A stretch of DNA of 64,000 bases from contig CP086569.2 in the NCBI GenBank assembly GCA_009914755.4, positions 21,184,001 through 21,248,000 of the forward strand, in the 5' to 3' direction. The notes under the pieces are model-generated. The model did no database searches and was not told where the DNA came from. It saw only the letters and a program-made list of their open reading frames with translations. The DNA comes from the human T2T-CHM13v2.0 reference genome, Homo sapiens. The translations under genes and the position numbers were made by a program. Shown here one piece after another: positions 25,290 through 37,417 of this stretch. The number at the start of each line of letters is the position of its first letter. Within the stretch, counting starts at the first letter, position 1.

Positions 25290-28200
25290 GAGTTTGATCC
25301 TTCAGATGTTTCCAGAGTTTCTTCCTTCTGGCAGGTTCCTGGTCTTGCTCACTTCTTTAATGAAGCTGCAGACCTTACTGGTGAGTATTACAGCACTTAA
25401 AGGTGTTATGTCCAGAGATTGTTTCTCCAGATGTGTCCAGAGTTTCTTCCTTCTGGCAGTTTCGTGGTCTTCCTCACTTCAAGAATGAAGCTGCAGACCT
25501 TAGTGTTGAGTGTTACAGCACGTAAAGGTGTTATGTCCAGAGTTTGTTCCTTCAGATGTGTCCAGAGTTACTTCCTTCTGGCAGGTTCATGGTGTTGCTC
25601 ACTTCAAGAATCAAGCTGCAGACCTTACTGGTGAGTGTTACAGCACTTAAAGCTGTTATGTCCAGAGTTTGTTCCTTCAGATGTTTCCAGAGTTTCTTCC
25701 TTCTGGCAGGTACGTGGTCTTGCTCACTTCTTTAATGAAGCTGCAGACCTTACTGGTGAGTGTTTCAGCACTTAAAGGTGTTATGTCCAGAGTTTGTTCC
25801 TTCAGATGTGTCCAGAGTGTCTTCCTTCTGGCAGGTTCATGGTCTTGCTCACTTCACTAATGAAGCTGCAGACCTTACAGGTGAGTGTTACAGCACTTAA
25901 AGGTGTTATGTCCAGAGTTTGTTCCTTCAGATGTGTCCAGGGTTTCTGTCTTCTGGCAGGTTCATGGACTTCCTCACTTCAAGAATGAAGCTGCCGACCT
26001 TAGTGGTGAGTGTTACAACACTTGAAGTTGTTATGTCCAGAGTTCTTTCCTTCAGATGTGTCCAGCGTTTCTTCCTTCTAGCAGGTTCATGGTCTTCCTC
26101 ACTTCAAGAATGAAGCTGCAGACCTTACTGGTGAGTGTTACCGCAATTAAAGTTGTTATATCCAGAGTTTGTTCCTTCAGATGTTTCCAGAGTTTCTTCC
26201 TTCTGTCATGTTCGTGGTGTTGCTCACTTCTTTAATGAAGCTGCAGACCTTACTGGTGAGTGTTACAGCACTTAAAGGTGTTATGTCCAGAGTTTGTTTC
26301 TTCAGATGTGTCCAGAGTTTCTTCCTTCTGGCAGTTTCGTGGTCTTCCTCACTTCAAGAATGAAGCTGCAGACCTTACTGGTGAGTGTTACAGCACTTTA
26401 AGGTGTTATGTCCAGAGTTTGTTCCTTCAGATGTGTCCAGAGTGTCTTCCTTCTGGCAGGTTCATGGTCTTGCTCACTTCAAGAATGAAGCTGCACACCT
26501 TACTGGTGAGTGTTACAGCACTTAAAGGTGTTATGTCCAGAGATTTTTCCTTCAGATGTGTCCAGGGTTTCTGTCTTCTGGCAGGTTCATGGTCTTGCTC
26601 ACTTCAAGAATGAAGCTGCAGACTTTAGTGGTGAGTGTTACAGCACTTAAAGGTGTTATGTCCAGAGTTTGTTCCTTCAGATGTGTCCAGAGTTGCTTCC
26701 TTCTGGCAGGTTCGTGGTCTTGCTCACTTCCTTAATGAAGCTGCAGACCTTACTGGTGAGTGTTACAGCACTTAAAGGTGTTATGTCCAGAGTTTGTTCC
26801 TTCAGATGTGTCCAGTGTTTCTTCCTTCTGGCAGGTTCATGGTGTTGCTCACTTGAAGAATGAAGCTGCAGACCTTCCTGGTGAGTGTTACAGTACTTGA
26901 TGGTGTTATGTGCAGAGTTTTTTCCTTCAGATGTTTCCAGAGTTTCTTCCTTCTTGCAGGTTCGTGGTCTTGCTCACTTCCTTAATGAAGCTGCAGACCT
27001 TAATGGTGAGTGTTACAGCACTTAAAGATGTTATGTCCAGAGTTTGTTCCTTCAGATGTGTCCTGAGTGTCTTCCTTCTGGCAGGTTCATGGTCTTGCTC
27101 ACTTCACTAATTAAGCTGCAGACCTTACTGGTGAGTGTTACAGCACTTAAAGGTGTTATGTCCAGAGTTTGTTCCTTCACCTGTGTCCAGGGTTTCTGTC
27201 TTATGGCACGTACATGGTCTTGCTCACTTCAAGAATGAAGCTGCCGAACTTAGTGGTGAGTGTTACAGTACTTAAAGGTGTTATGTCTAGAGTTTTTTCC
27301 TTCAGATGCGTCCAGCGTTTCTTCCTTCTGGCATGTTCATGGTCTTGCTCACTTCAAGAATGAAGTTGCAGACCTTACTGTTTAGTGTTAAAGCACTTAA
27401 AGGTGTTATGTCCAGAGTTTGTTCCTTCAGATGTGTCCAGAGTTTCTTCCTTCTGGCATGTTCATGGTGTTGCTCACTTCAAGAATGAAGCTGCAGACCT
27501 TAGTGTTGAGTGTTACAGCACTTAAAGGTGTTATGTCCAGTGTTTGTTCCTTCAGATGTGTCCAGAGTTTCTTCCTTCTTGCAGGTTCGTGGTCTTGCTC
27601 ACTTCCTTAATGAAGCTGCAGACCGTACTGGTGAATGTTACAGCACTTAAAGGTGTTATGTCCAGAGTTTGTTCCTTCAGATGTGTCCAGTGTTTCTTCC
27701 TTCTGGCAGGTTCATGGTCTTGCTCACTTCAAGAATGAAGCTGCAGACTTTTGTGGTGAGTGTTACAGCAGTTAAAGTTGTTATGTCCACAATTTGTTCC
27801 TTCAGATGTGTCCAGTGTTTCTTCCTTCTGGCAGGTTCATGGTCTTGCTCACTTCAAGAATGAAGCTGCAGACCTTACTGGTGAGTGTTGCAGTACTTAA
27901 AGCTGTTATGTCCAGAGTTTGATCCTTCAGATGTTTCCAGAGTTTCTTCCTTCTGGCAGGTTCGTGGTCTTGCTCACTTCTTTAATGAAGCTGCAGACCA
28001 TACTGGTGAGTGTTACAGCACTTAAAGGTGTTATGTCCAGAGATTGTTTCTTCAGATGTGTCCAGAGTTTCTTCCTTCTGGCAGTTTCGTGGTCTTCCTC
28101 ACTTCAAGAATGAAGCTGCAGACCTTAGTGTTGAGTGTTACAGCACGTAAAGGTGTTATGTCCAGAGTTTGTTCCTTCAGATGTGTCCAGAGTGTCTTCC

Positions 28201-30365
28201 TTCTGGCAGGTTCATGGTCTTGCTCACTTCACTAATGAAGCTGCAGACCTTACTGGGGAGTGTTACAGCACTTTAAGGTGTTTTGTGCAGAGTTTCTTCC
28301 TTCAGATGTGTCCAGTGTTTCTTCCTTCTGGCAGGTTCATGGTCTTGCTCACTTCAAGAATGAAGCTGCAGACTTTTGTGGTGAGTGTTACAGCAGTTAA
28401 CGTTGTTATGTCCACAATTTGTTCCTTCAGATGTGTCCAGTGTTTCTTCCTTCTGGCAGTTTCGTGGTCTTCCTCACTTCAAGAATGAAGCTGCAGACCT
28501 TAGTGTTGAGTGTTACAGCACTTAAATGTGTTATGTCCAGAGTTTTTTCCTTCAGATATGTCCAGCGTTTCTTCCTTCTGACAAGTTCATGGTGTTGCTC
28601 ACTTCAAGAGTGAAGCTGCAGACCTTACTGTTGAGTTTTAAAGCACTTAAAGCTGTTATGTCCAGAGTTTGTTCCTTCAGATGTGTCCAGAGTTTCTTCC
28701 TTCTGGCAGGTTCGTGGTCTTGCTCACTTCTTTAATGAAGCTGCAGTCCTTACTGGTGAGTGTTACAGCACTTAAAGGTGTTATGTCCAGAGTTTGTTTC
28801 TTCAGATGTGTCCAGAGTTTCTTCCTTCTGGCAGTTTCGTGGTCTTCCTCACTTCAAGAACGAAGCTGCAGACCTTACTGGTGAGTGTTACAGCACTTAA
28901 AGTTGTTATGTCCAGAGATTGTTCCTTCAGATGTGTCCAGAGTGTCTTCCTTCTGGCAGGTTCATGGTCTTGCTCACTTCACTAATGAAGCTGCAGACCT
29001 TACTGGTGAGGGTGGCAGCACTTAAAGGTGTTATGACCAGAGGTTGTTCCTTCAGATGTGTCCAGGGTTTCTGTCTTCTGGCAGGTTCATGGTCTTGCTC
29101 ACTTCAAGAATGAAGCTGCCGACCTTTGTGGTGAGTGTTACAGCACTTGGAGTTGTTATGTCCAGAGTTTTTTCCTTCAGATGTGTCCAGCGTTTCTTCC
29201 TACTGGCAGGTTCATGGTCTTGCTCACTTCAAGAATGAAGCTGCAGACCTTACTATTCAGTGTTAAAGCACTTAAAGGTGTTATATCCAGAGTTAGATCC
29301 TTCAGATGTGTCCAGAGTTTCTTCCTTCTCGCAGGTTCATGGTGTTGCTCAATTCAAGAATGAAGCTGCAGACTTTAGTGTTGAGTGTTACAGCACTTAA
29401 ATGTGTTATGTCCAGAGTTTGTTCCTTCAGATGTGTCCAGAATTTCTTCCTTCTTGGAGGTTCGTGGTCTTGCTCACTTCCTTAATGAAGCTGCAGACCT
29501 TACCGGTGAGTGTTACAGCACTTAAAGGTGTTATGTCCAGAGTTTGTTCCTTCAGATGTGTCCAGGGTTTCTGTCTTCTGGCAGGATCATGGTCTTGCTC
29601 ACTTGAAGAATGAAGCTGCCGACCTTAGTGGTGAGTGTTACAGCATTTAAAGGTGTTATGTCCAGACTTTGTTCCCTCAGATATGTCCAGAGTTTCTTCC
29701 TTCTGGCAGGTTCATTGTCTTGCTCATTTCAAGAATGAAACTGCAGACCTTAGTGGTGAGTGTTACAGCACTTAAAGGTGTTATGTCCAGAGTATGTTCC
29801 TTCAGATGTGTCCAGAGTGTCTTCCTTCTGGCAGCTTCATGGTCTTGCTCACTTCACTAATGAAGCTGCAGACCTTACTGGTGAGTGTTACAGCACTTAA
29901 AGATGTTATGTCCAGAGTTTGTTCATTCAGATATGTCCAGGGTTTCTGTCTTCTGGCAGGTTCATGTTATGACTCACTTCAAGAATGAAGCTGCAGACCT
30001 TAGTGGTGAGAGTTACAGCACTTAAAGGTGTTATGCCCAGAGTTTTTTCCTTCAGATGTGTCCAGCGTTTCTTCCTTCTGGCAGATTCATAGTCTTGCTC
30101 ACTTCAAGAATGAAGCTGCAGACCTTACTGTTGAGTGTTAAGGCACTTAAAAGTGTTATGTCCAGAGTTTGTTCCTTCAGACGTGTCCAGAGTTTCTTCC
30201 TTCTGGCAGGTTCGTGGTGTTGCTCACTTCCAGAATGAAGCTGCAGACCTTAGTGTTGAGTGTTACAACACTTAAAGGTGTTATGTCCAGAGTTTTTTCC
30301 TTCAGATATGTCCAGCGCTTCTTCCTTCTGGCAGGTTCATGGTCTTGCACACTTCAAGAATGAAG
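25290..30365. repeat. Copy 2 of the long-range duplicated block (partner at 12540-17110). It has gained about 4 extra monomers relative to copy 1.
   Basis: See partner feature. The second copy carries two extra monomers (28669-28918) that are absent at the corresponding point near 15668 of copy 1. Confidence 0.7.
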
Positions 30366-31865
30366 CTGCAGACCTTACTGTTGAGTTTTAAAGCACTTAA
30401 AGTTGTTATGTCCAGAGTCTGTTCCTTCAGATGTGTCCAGAGTTTCTTCCTTCTTGCAGGTTCCTGGTCTTGCTCACTTCCTTAATGAAGCTGCAGACCT
30501 TACTGGTGAGTTTTACAGCACTTAAAGGTGTTATGTCCAGAGTTTGTTCCTCCAGATGTGTCCAGATTGTCTTCCTTCTGGCAGATTCATGGTCTTGTTC
30601 ACTTCACTAATGAAGCTGCAGACCTTACTGGTGAGTGTTACAGCACTTAAAGGTGTTATATCCAGAGATTGTTCCTTCAGATGTGTCCAGGGTTTCTGTC
30701 TTCTGGCAGGTTCATCGTGTTGCTCACTTCAAGAATGAAGCTGCAGTCCTTAGTGTTGAGTGTTACAGCACTTAAAGGTGTTATGTCCAGTATTTGTTCC
30801 TTCAGATGTTTCCAGAGTTTCTTCATTCTGGCACTTTCGTGGTCTTCCTCACTTCAAGAATGAAGCTGCAGACCTTACCGGTGAGTGTTACAGCACTTAA
30901 AGGTGTTATGTCCAGAGTTTGTTCCTTCAGATGTGTCCAGGGTTTCTGTCTTCTGGCAGGTTCATGGTGTTGCTCACTTCAAGAATGAAGCTGCCGACCT
31001 TAGTGGTGAGTTTTACAGCACTTAAAGGTGTTATGTCCAGAGTTTTTTCCTTCAGATATGTCCAGCGTTTCTTCCTTCTGACAGGTTCATGGTGTTGCTC
31101 ACTTCAAGAGTGAAGCTGCAGACCTTACTGTTGAGTTTTAAAGCACTTAAAGCTGTTATGTCCAGAGTTTGTTCCTTCAGATGTGTCCAGAGTTTCTTCC
31201 TTCTGGCAGGTTCGTGGTCTTGCTCACTTCTTTAATGAAGCTGCAGTCCTTACTGGTGAGTGTTACAGCACTTAAAGGTGTTATGTCCAGAGTTTGTTTC
31301 TTCAGATGTGTCCAGAGTTTCTTCCTTCTGGCAGTTTCGTGGTCTTCCTCACTTCAAGAACGAAGCTGCAGACCTTACTGGTGAGTGTTACAGCACTTAA
31401 AGGTGTTATGTCCAGAGATTGTTCCTTCAGATGTGTCCAGAGTGTCTTCCTTCTGGCAGGTTCATGGTCTTGCTCACTTCACTAATGAAGCTGCAGACCT
31501 TACTGCTGAGGGTGGCAGCACTTAAAGGTGTTATGACCAGAGGTTGTTCCTTCAGATGTGTCCAGGGTTTCTGTCTTCTGGCAGGTTCATGGTCTTGCTC
31601 ACTTCAAGAATGAAGCTGCCGACCTTTGTGGTGAGTGTTACAGCACTTGGAGTTGTTATATCCAGTGTTTTTTCCTTCAGATGTGTCCAGCGTTTCTACC
31701 TACTGGCAGGTTCATGGTCTTGCTCACTTCAAGAATGAAGCTGCAGACCTTACTATTGAGTGTTAAAGCACTTAAAGGTGTTATGTCCAGAGTTTGTTGC
31801 TTCAGATGTGTCCAGAGTTTCTTTCTTCTGGCAGGTTCATGGTGTTGCTCACTTCAAGAATGAAG
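28669..31865. repeat. Two copies of a 20-monomer (2500-bp) higher-order unit.
   Basis: ORF pairs 28669/31169, 28794/31294, 28919/31419, 29044/31544 and 29058/31558 are near-identical at offset 2500. The same 2499-2500 offset links 44-700 with 2543-3200 (ORFs 169/2668, 306/2805, 419/2918). Confidence 0.75.
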
Positions 31866-32168
31866 CTGCAGACCTTACTGGTGAGTGTTACAGCACTCAA
31901 AGCTGTTATGTCCAGAGTTTGTACCTTCAGATGTTTCCAGAGTTTCTTCCTTCTGGCAGGTTCGTGGTCTTGCTCACTTCTTTAATGAAGCTGCAGACCT
32001 TATTGGTGAGTGTTACAGCACTTAAAGTTGTTATGTCCAGAGTCTGTTTCTTCAGATGTGTCCAGAGATTCTTCCTTCTGGCAGTTTCCTGGTCTTCCTC
32101 ACTTCAAGAATGAAGCTGCAGACTTTACTGGTGAGTGTTACAGCACATAAAGTTGTTATGTCCAGAGT

Positions 32169-35100
32169 TTGTTCCTTCAGATGTGTCCAGAGTGTCTTCC
32201 TTCGGGCATGTTCATGGTCTTGCTCACTTCACTAATGAAGCTGCAGACCTTACTGGTGAGGGTTACAGCACTTAAAGGTGTTATGTCCAGAGTTTGTTCC
32301 TTCAGATGTGTCCAGGGTTTCTGTCTTCTGGCAGGTTCATGGTCTTGCTCAATTCAAGAATGAAGCTGCCGAAATTAGTGGTGAGTGTTACAGCACTTAA
32401 AGGTGTTATGTCCAGAGTTTTTTCCTTCAGATGTGTCCGGCGTTTCTTCCTTCTGGCAGGTTCATGGTCTTGCTCACTTCAAGAATGAAGCTGCAGACCT
32501 TACTATTCAGTGTTAAAGCACTTAGAGGTGTTATATCCAGAGTTTGATCCTTCAGATGTGTCCAGAGTTTCTTCCTTCTTGCAGGTTCATGGTGTTGCTC
32601 ACTTCAAGAATGAAGCTGCAGACCTTAGTGTTGAGTGTTACAGCACTTAAAGGTGTTATGTCCAGAGTTTGTTCCTTCAGATGTGTCCAGAGTTTATTCC
32701 TTCTTGCAGGTTCGTGGTCTTGCTCACTTCCTTAATGAAGCTGCAGACCTTACCGGTGAGTGTTATAGCACTTAAAGGTGTTATGTCCAGAGTTTGTTCC
32801 CTCAGATGTGTCCAGGGTTTCTGTCTTCTGGCAGGTTCATGGTCTTGCTCACTTCAAGAATGAAGCCGCCGACCTTAGTGGTGAGTGTTACACCATTTAA
32901 AGGTGTTATGTCCAGACTTTGTTCCTTCAGATATGTCCGGAGATTCTTCCTTCTGGCAGGTTCTTTGTCTTGCTCATTGCAAGAATGAAACTGCAGACCT
33001 TAGTGGTGAGTGTTACAGCACTTAAAGGTGTTATGTCCAGAGTTTGTTCCTTCAGATGTGTCCAGAATGTCTTCCTTCTGGCAGCTTCATAGTCTTGCTC
33101 ACTTCACTAATGAAGCTGCAGACCTTACTGGTGAGTGTTACAGCACTTAAAGGTGTTATGTTCAGAGTTTGTTCCTTCAGATGTGTCCAGGGTTTCTGTC
33201 TTCTGGCAGGTTCATGTTCTTGCTCACTTCAAGAATGAAGCTGCAGACCTTAGTGGTGACTGTTACAGCACTTAAAGGTGTTATGTCCAGAGTTTTTTCC
33301 TTCAGATGTGTCCAGCGTTTCTTCCTTCTGGCAGGTTCATGGTCTTGCTCACTTCCAGAATGAAGCTGCAGACCTTACTGTTGAGTGTTAAGGCACTTAA
33401 AGGTGTTATCTACAGAGTTTGTTCCTTCAGATGTGTCCAGACTTTCTTCCTTCTGGCAGGTTCATGGTCTTGCTCACTTCAAGAATGAAGCTGCAGACCT
33501 TACTATTCAGTGTTAAAGCACTTAAAGGTGTTATATCCAGAGTTTGATCCGTCAGATGTGTCCAGCGCTTCTTCCTTCTGGCAGGTTCATGGTCTTGCAC
33601 ACTTCAAGAATGAAGCTGCAGAGCTTACTGTTGAGTTTTAAAGCACTTAAAGTTGTTATGTCCAGAGTTTGCTCCTTCAGATGTGTCCAGAGGTTCTTCC
33701 TTCTGGCAGGTTCATGGTGTTGCTCACTTCAAAAATGAAGCTGCAGACCTTAGTGGTGAGTGTTACAGCACTTAAAGGTGTTATGTCCTGAGTTTGTTCC
33801 TTCAGATGTGTCCAGAGTTTCTTCCTTCTTGCAGGTTCGTGGTCTTGCTCACTTCCTTAATGAAGCTTCAGACCTTACTGGTGAGTGTTACAGCACTTAA
33901 AGGTGTTATGTCCAGAGTTTGTTCCTCCAGATGTGTCCAGAGTGTCTTCCTTCTGGCAGGTTCATGTTCTTGTTCACTTCACTAATGAAGCTGCAAACCT
34001 TACTGGTGAGTGTTACAGCACTTAAAGGTGTTATGTCCAGAGTTTGTTCCTTCAGATGTGTCCAGGGTTTCTGTCTTCTGGCAGGTTCATGGTGTTGCTC
34101 ACTTCAAGAATGAAGCTGCAGTCCTTAGTGTTGAGTGTTACAGCACTTAAAGGTGTTATGTCCAGAGTTTGTTCCTTCAGATGTTTCCAGAGTTTCTTCC
34201 TTCTTGCAGGTTCGTGGTCTTGCTCACTTCCTTAATGAAGCTGCAGACCTTACTGGTGAGTGTTACAGCACTTAAAGATTTTAGGTCCAGAGTTTGTTCC
34301 TTCAGATGTGTCCAGTGTTTCTTCCTTCTGGCAGGTTCATGGTCTTGCTCACTTCAAGAATGAAGCTGCAGACTTTTGTGGTGAGTGTTACAGCAGTTAA
34401 AGTTGTTATGTCCAGAATTTTTTCCTTCAGATGTGTCCAGTGTTTCTTCCTTCTGGCAGGTTCATGGTCTTGCTCACTTCAAGAATGAAGCTGCAGGCCT
34501 TACTGGTGAGTGTTACAGCACTTAAAGCTGATATGTCCAGAGTTTGTTCCTTCAGATGTTTCCAGAGTTTCTTCCTTCTAGCAGGTTCGTGGTCTTGCTC
34601 ACTTCTTTAATGAAGCTGCAGACCTTACTTGTGAGTGTTACAGCACTTAAATGTGTTATGTCCAGAGTTTGTTTCTTCAGATGTGTCCAGAGTTTCTTCT
34701 TTCTGGGAGTTTCGTGGTCTTCCTCACTTCAAGAATGAAGCTGCAGACCTTACTGGTGAGTGTTACAGCACTTAAAGGTGTTATGTCCAGAGTTTGTTCC
34801 TTCAGATGTGTCCAGGGTTTCTGTCTTCTGGCAGGTTCATGGTGTTGCTCACTTCAAGAATGAAGCTACCGACCTTAGTGGTGAGTTTTACAGCACTTAA
34901 AGGTGTTATGCCCAGAGTTTTTTCCTTCAGATATGTCCAGCGTTTCTTCCTTCTGGCAGGTTCATGGTCTTGCTCATTTCAAGAATGAAGCTGCAGACTT
35001 TTACGGTGAGTGTTACAGCACTTAAAGTTGTTTTGTCCAGAGTTTGTTGCTTCAGATGTGTCCAGAGTTTCTTTCTTCTGGCAGGTTCATGGTCTTGCTC

Positions 35101-36250
35101 ACTTCAAGAATGAAGCTGCAGACCTTACTGGTGAGTGTTACAGCACTTAAAGCTGTTATGTCCAGAGTTTGTTCCTTCAGATGTTTCCAGAGTTTCTTCC
35201 TTCTGGCAGGTTCGTGGTCTTGCTCACTTCTTTAATGAAGCTGCACACATTAATGGTGAGTGTTACAGCACTTAAAGTTGTTATGTCCAGAGTTTTTTTC
35301 TTCAGATGTGTCCAGAGATTCTTCCTTCTGGCAGTTTCCTGGTCTTCCTCACTTCAAGAATGAAGCTGCAGACTTTACTGGTGAGTGTTACAGCACTTAA
35401 AGTTGTTATGTCCAGAGTTTGTTCCTTCAGATGTGTCCAGAGTGTCTTCATTCTGGCATGTTCACGGTCTTGCTCACTTCACTAATGAAGCTGCAGACCT
35501 TACTGGTGAGGGTTACAGCACTTAAAGGTGTTATGTCCAGAGTTTGTTCCTTCAGATGTGTCCAGGGTTTCTGTCTTCTGGCAGGTTCATGGTCTTGCTC
35601 AATTCAAGAATGAAGCTGCCGAAATTAGTGGTGAGTGTTACAGCACTTAAAGTTGTTATGTCCAGAGTTTTTTCCTTCAGATGTGTCCGACGTTTCTTCC
35701 TTCTGGCATGTTCATGGTCTTGCTCACTTCAAGAATGAAGCTGCAGACCTTACTATTCAGTGTTAAAGCACTTAGAGGTGTTATATCCAGAGTTTGATCC
35801 TTCAGATGTGTCCAGAGTTTCTTCCTTCTTGCAGGTTCATGGTGTTGCTCACTTCCTTAATGAAGCTGCAGACCTTACCGGTGAGTGTTATAGCACTTAA
35901 AGGTGTTATGTCCAGAGTTCGTTCCCTCAGATGTGTCCAGGGTTTGTGTCTTCTGGCAGGTTCATGGTCTTGCTCACTTCAAGAATGAAGCTGCCGACCT
36001 TAGTGGTGAGTGTTACAGCATTTAAAGTTGTTATGTCCAGACTTTGTTCCTTCAGATATGTCCGGAGTTTCTTCCTTCTGGCAGGTTCATTGTCTTGCTC
36101 ATTTCAAGAATGAAACTGCAGACCTTAGTGGTGAGTGTTACAGCACTTAAAGGTGTTATGTCCAGAGTTTGTTCCTTCTGATGTGTCCAGAGTGTCTTCC
36201 TTCTGGCAGCTTCATGGTCTTGCTCACTTCACTAATGAAGCTGCAGACCT
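32169..36250. repeat. Two copies of a 26-monomer (3250-bp) higher-order unit.
   Basis: ORF pairs 32169/35419, 32294/35544, 32544/35794 and 32669/35919 are near-identical at offset 3250. Confidence 0.65.
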
Positions 36251-37417
36251 TACTGGTGAGTGTTACAGCACTTAAAGGTGTTATGTCCAGAGTTTGTTCC
36301 TTCTGATGTGTCCAGGGTTTCTGTCTTCTGGCAAGTTCATGTTCTTGCTCACTTCAAGAATGAAGCTGCAGACCTTAGTGGTGACTGTTACAGCACTTAA
36401 AAGTGTTATGTCCAGAGTTTTTCCTTCAGATGTGTCCAGCGTTTCTTCCTTCTGGCAGGTTCATGGTCTTGCTCACTTCAAGAATGAAGCTGCAGACCTT
36501 ACTATTCAGTGTTAAAGCACTTAAAGGTGTTATATCCAGAGTTTGATCCTTCAGATGTGTCCAGAGTTTCTTCCTTCTTGCAGTTTCATGGTGTTGCTCA
36601 CTTCAAGAATGAAGCTGCAGACCTTAGTGTTGAGTGTTACAGCACTTAAAGGTGTTAGGTCCAGAGTTTGTTCCTTCAGATGTGTCCAGAGTTTATTCCT
36701 TCTTGCAGGTTCTTGGTCTTGCTCACTTCCTTAATGAAGCTGCAGACCTTACCGGTGAGTGTTGCAGCACTTAAAGGTGTTATGTCCAGAGTTTGTTCCT
36801 TCAGATGTGTCCAGGGTTTCTGTCTTCTGGCAGTTTCATGGTCTTGCTCACTTCAAGAATGAAGCTGCCGACCTTAGTGGTGAGTGTTACCGCATTTAAA
36901 GGTGTTATGTCCAGACTTTGTTCCTTCAGATATGTCCGGAGTTTCTTCCTTCTGGCAGGTTCATTGTCTTTCTCATTTCAAGAATGAAACTGCAGACCTT
37001 AGTGTTGAGTGTTTCATCACTTAAAGGTGTTATGTCCAGAGTTTGTTCCTTCAGATGTGTCCAGAGTTTCTTCCTTCTTGCAGGTTCGTGGTCTTGCTCA
37101 CTTCCTTAATGAAGCTGCAGACCTTACCGGTGAGTGTTACAGCACTTAAAGGTGTTATGTCCAGAGTTTGTTCCTTCATATGTGTCCAGTGTTTCTTCCT
37201 TCTGGCAGGTTCATGGTCTTGCTCACTTCAAGAATGAAGCTGCAGACTTTTGTGGTGAGTGTTACAGCAGTTAAAGTTGTTATGTCCAGAATTTGTTCCT
37301 TCAGATGTGTCCAGTGTTTCTTCCTTCTGGCAGGTTGATTGTCTTGCTCACTTCAAGAATGAAGCTGCAGACCTTACTGGTGAGTGTTACAGCACTTAAA
37401 GCTGTTATGTCCAGAGT

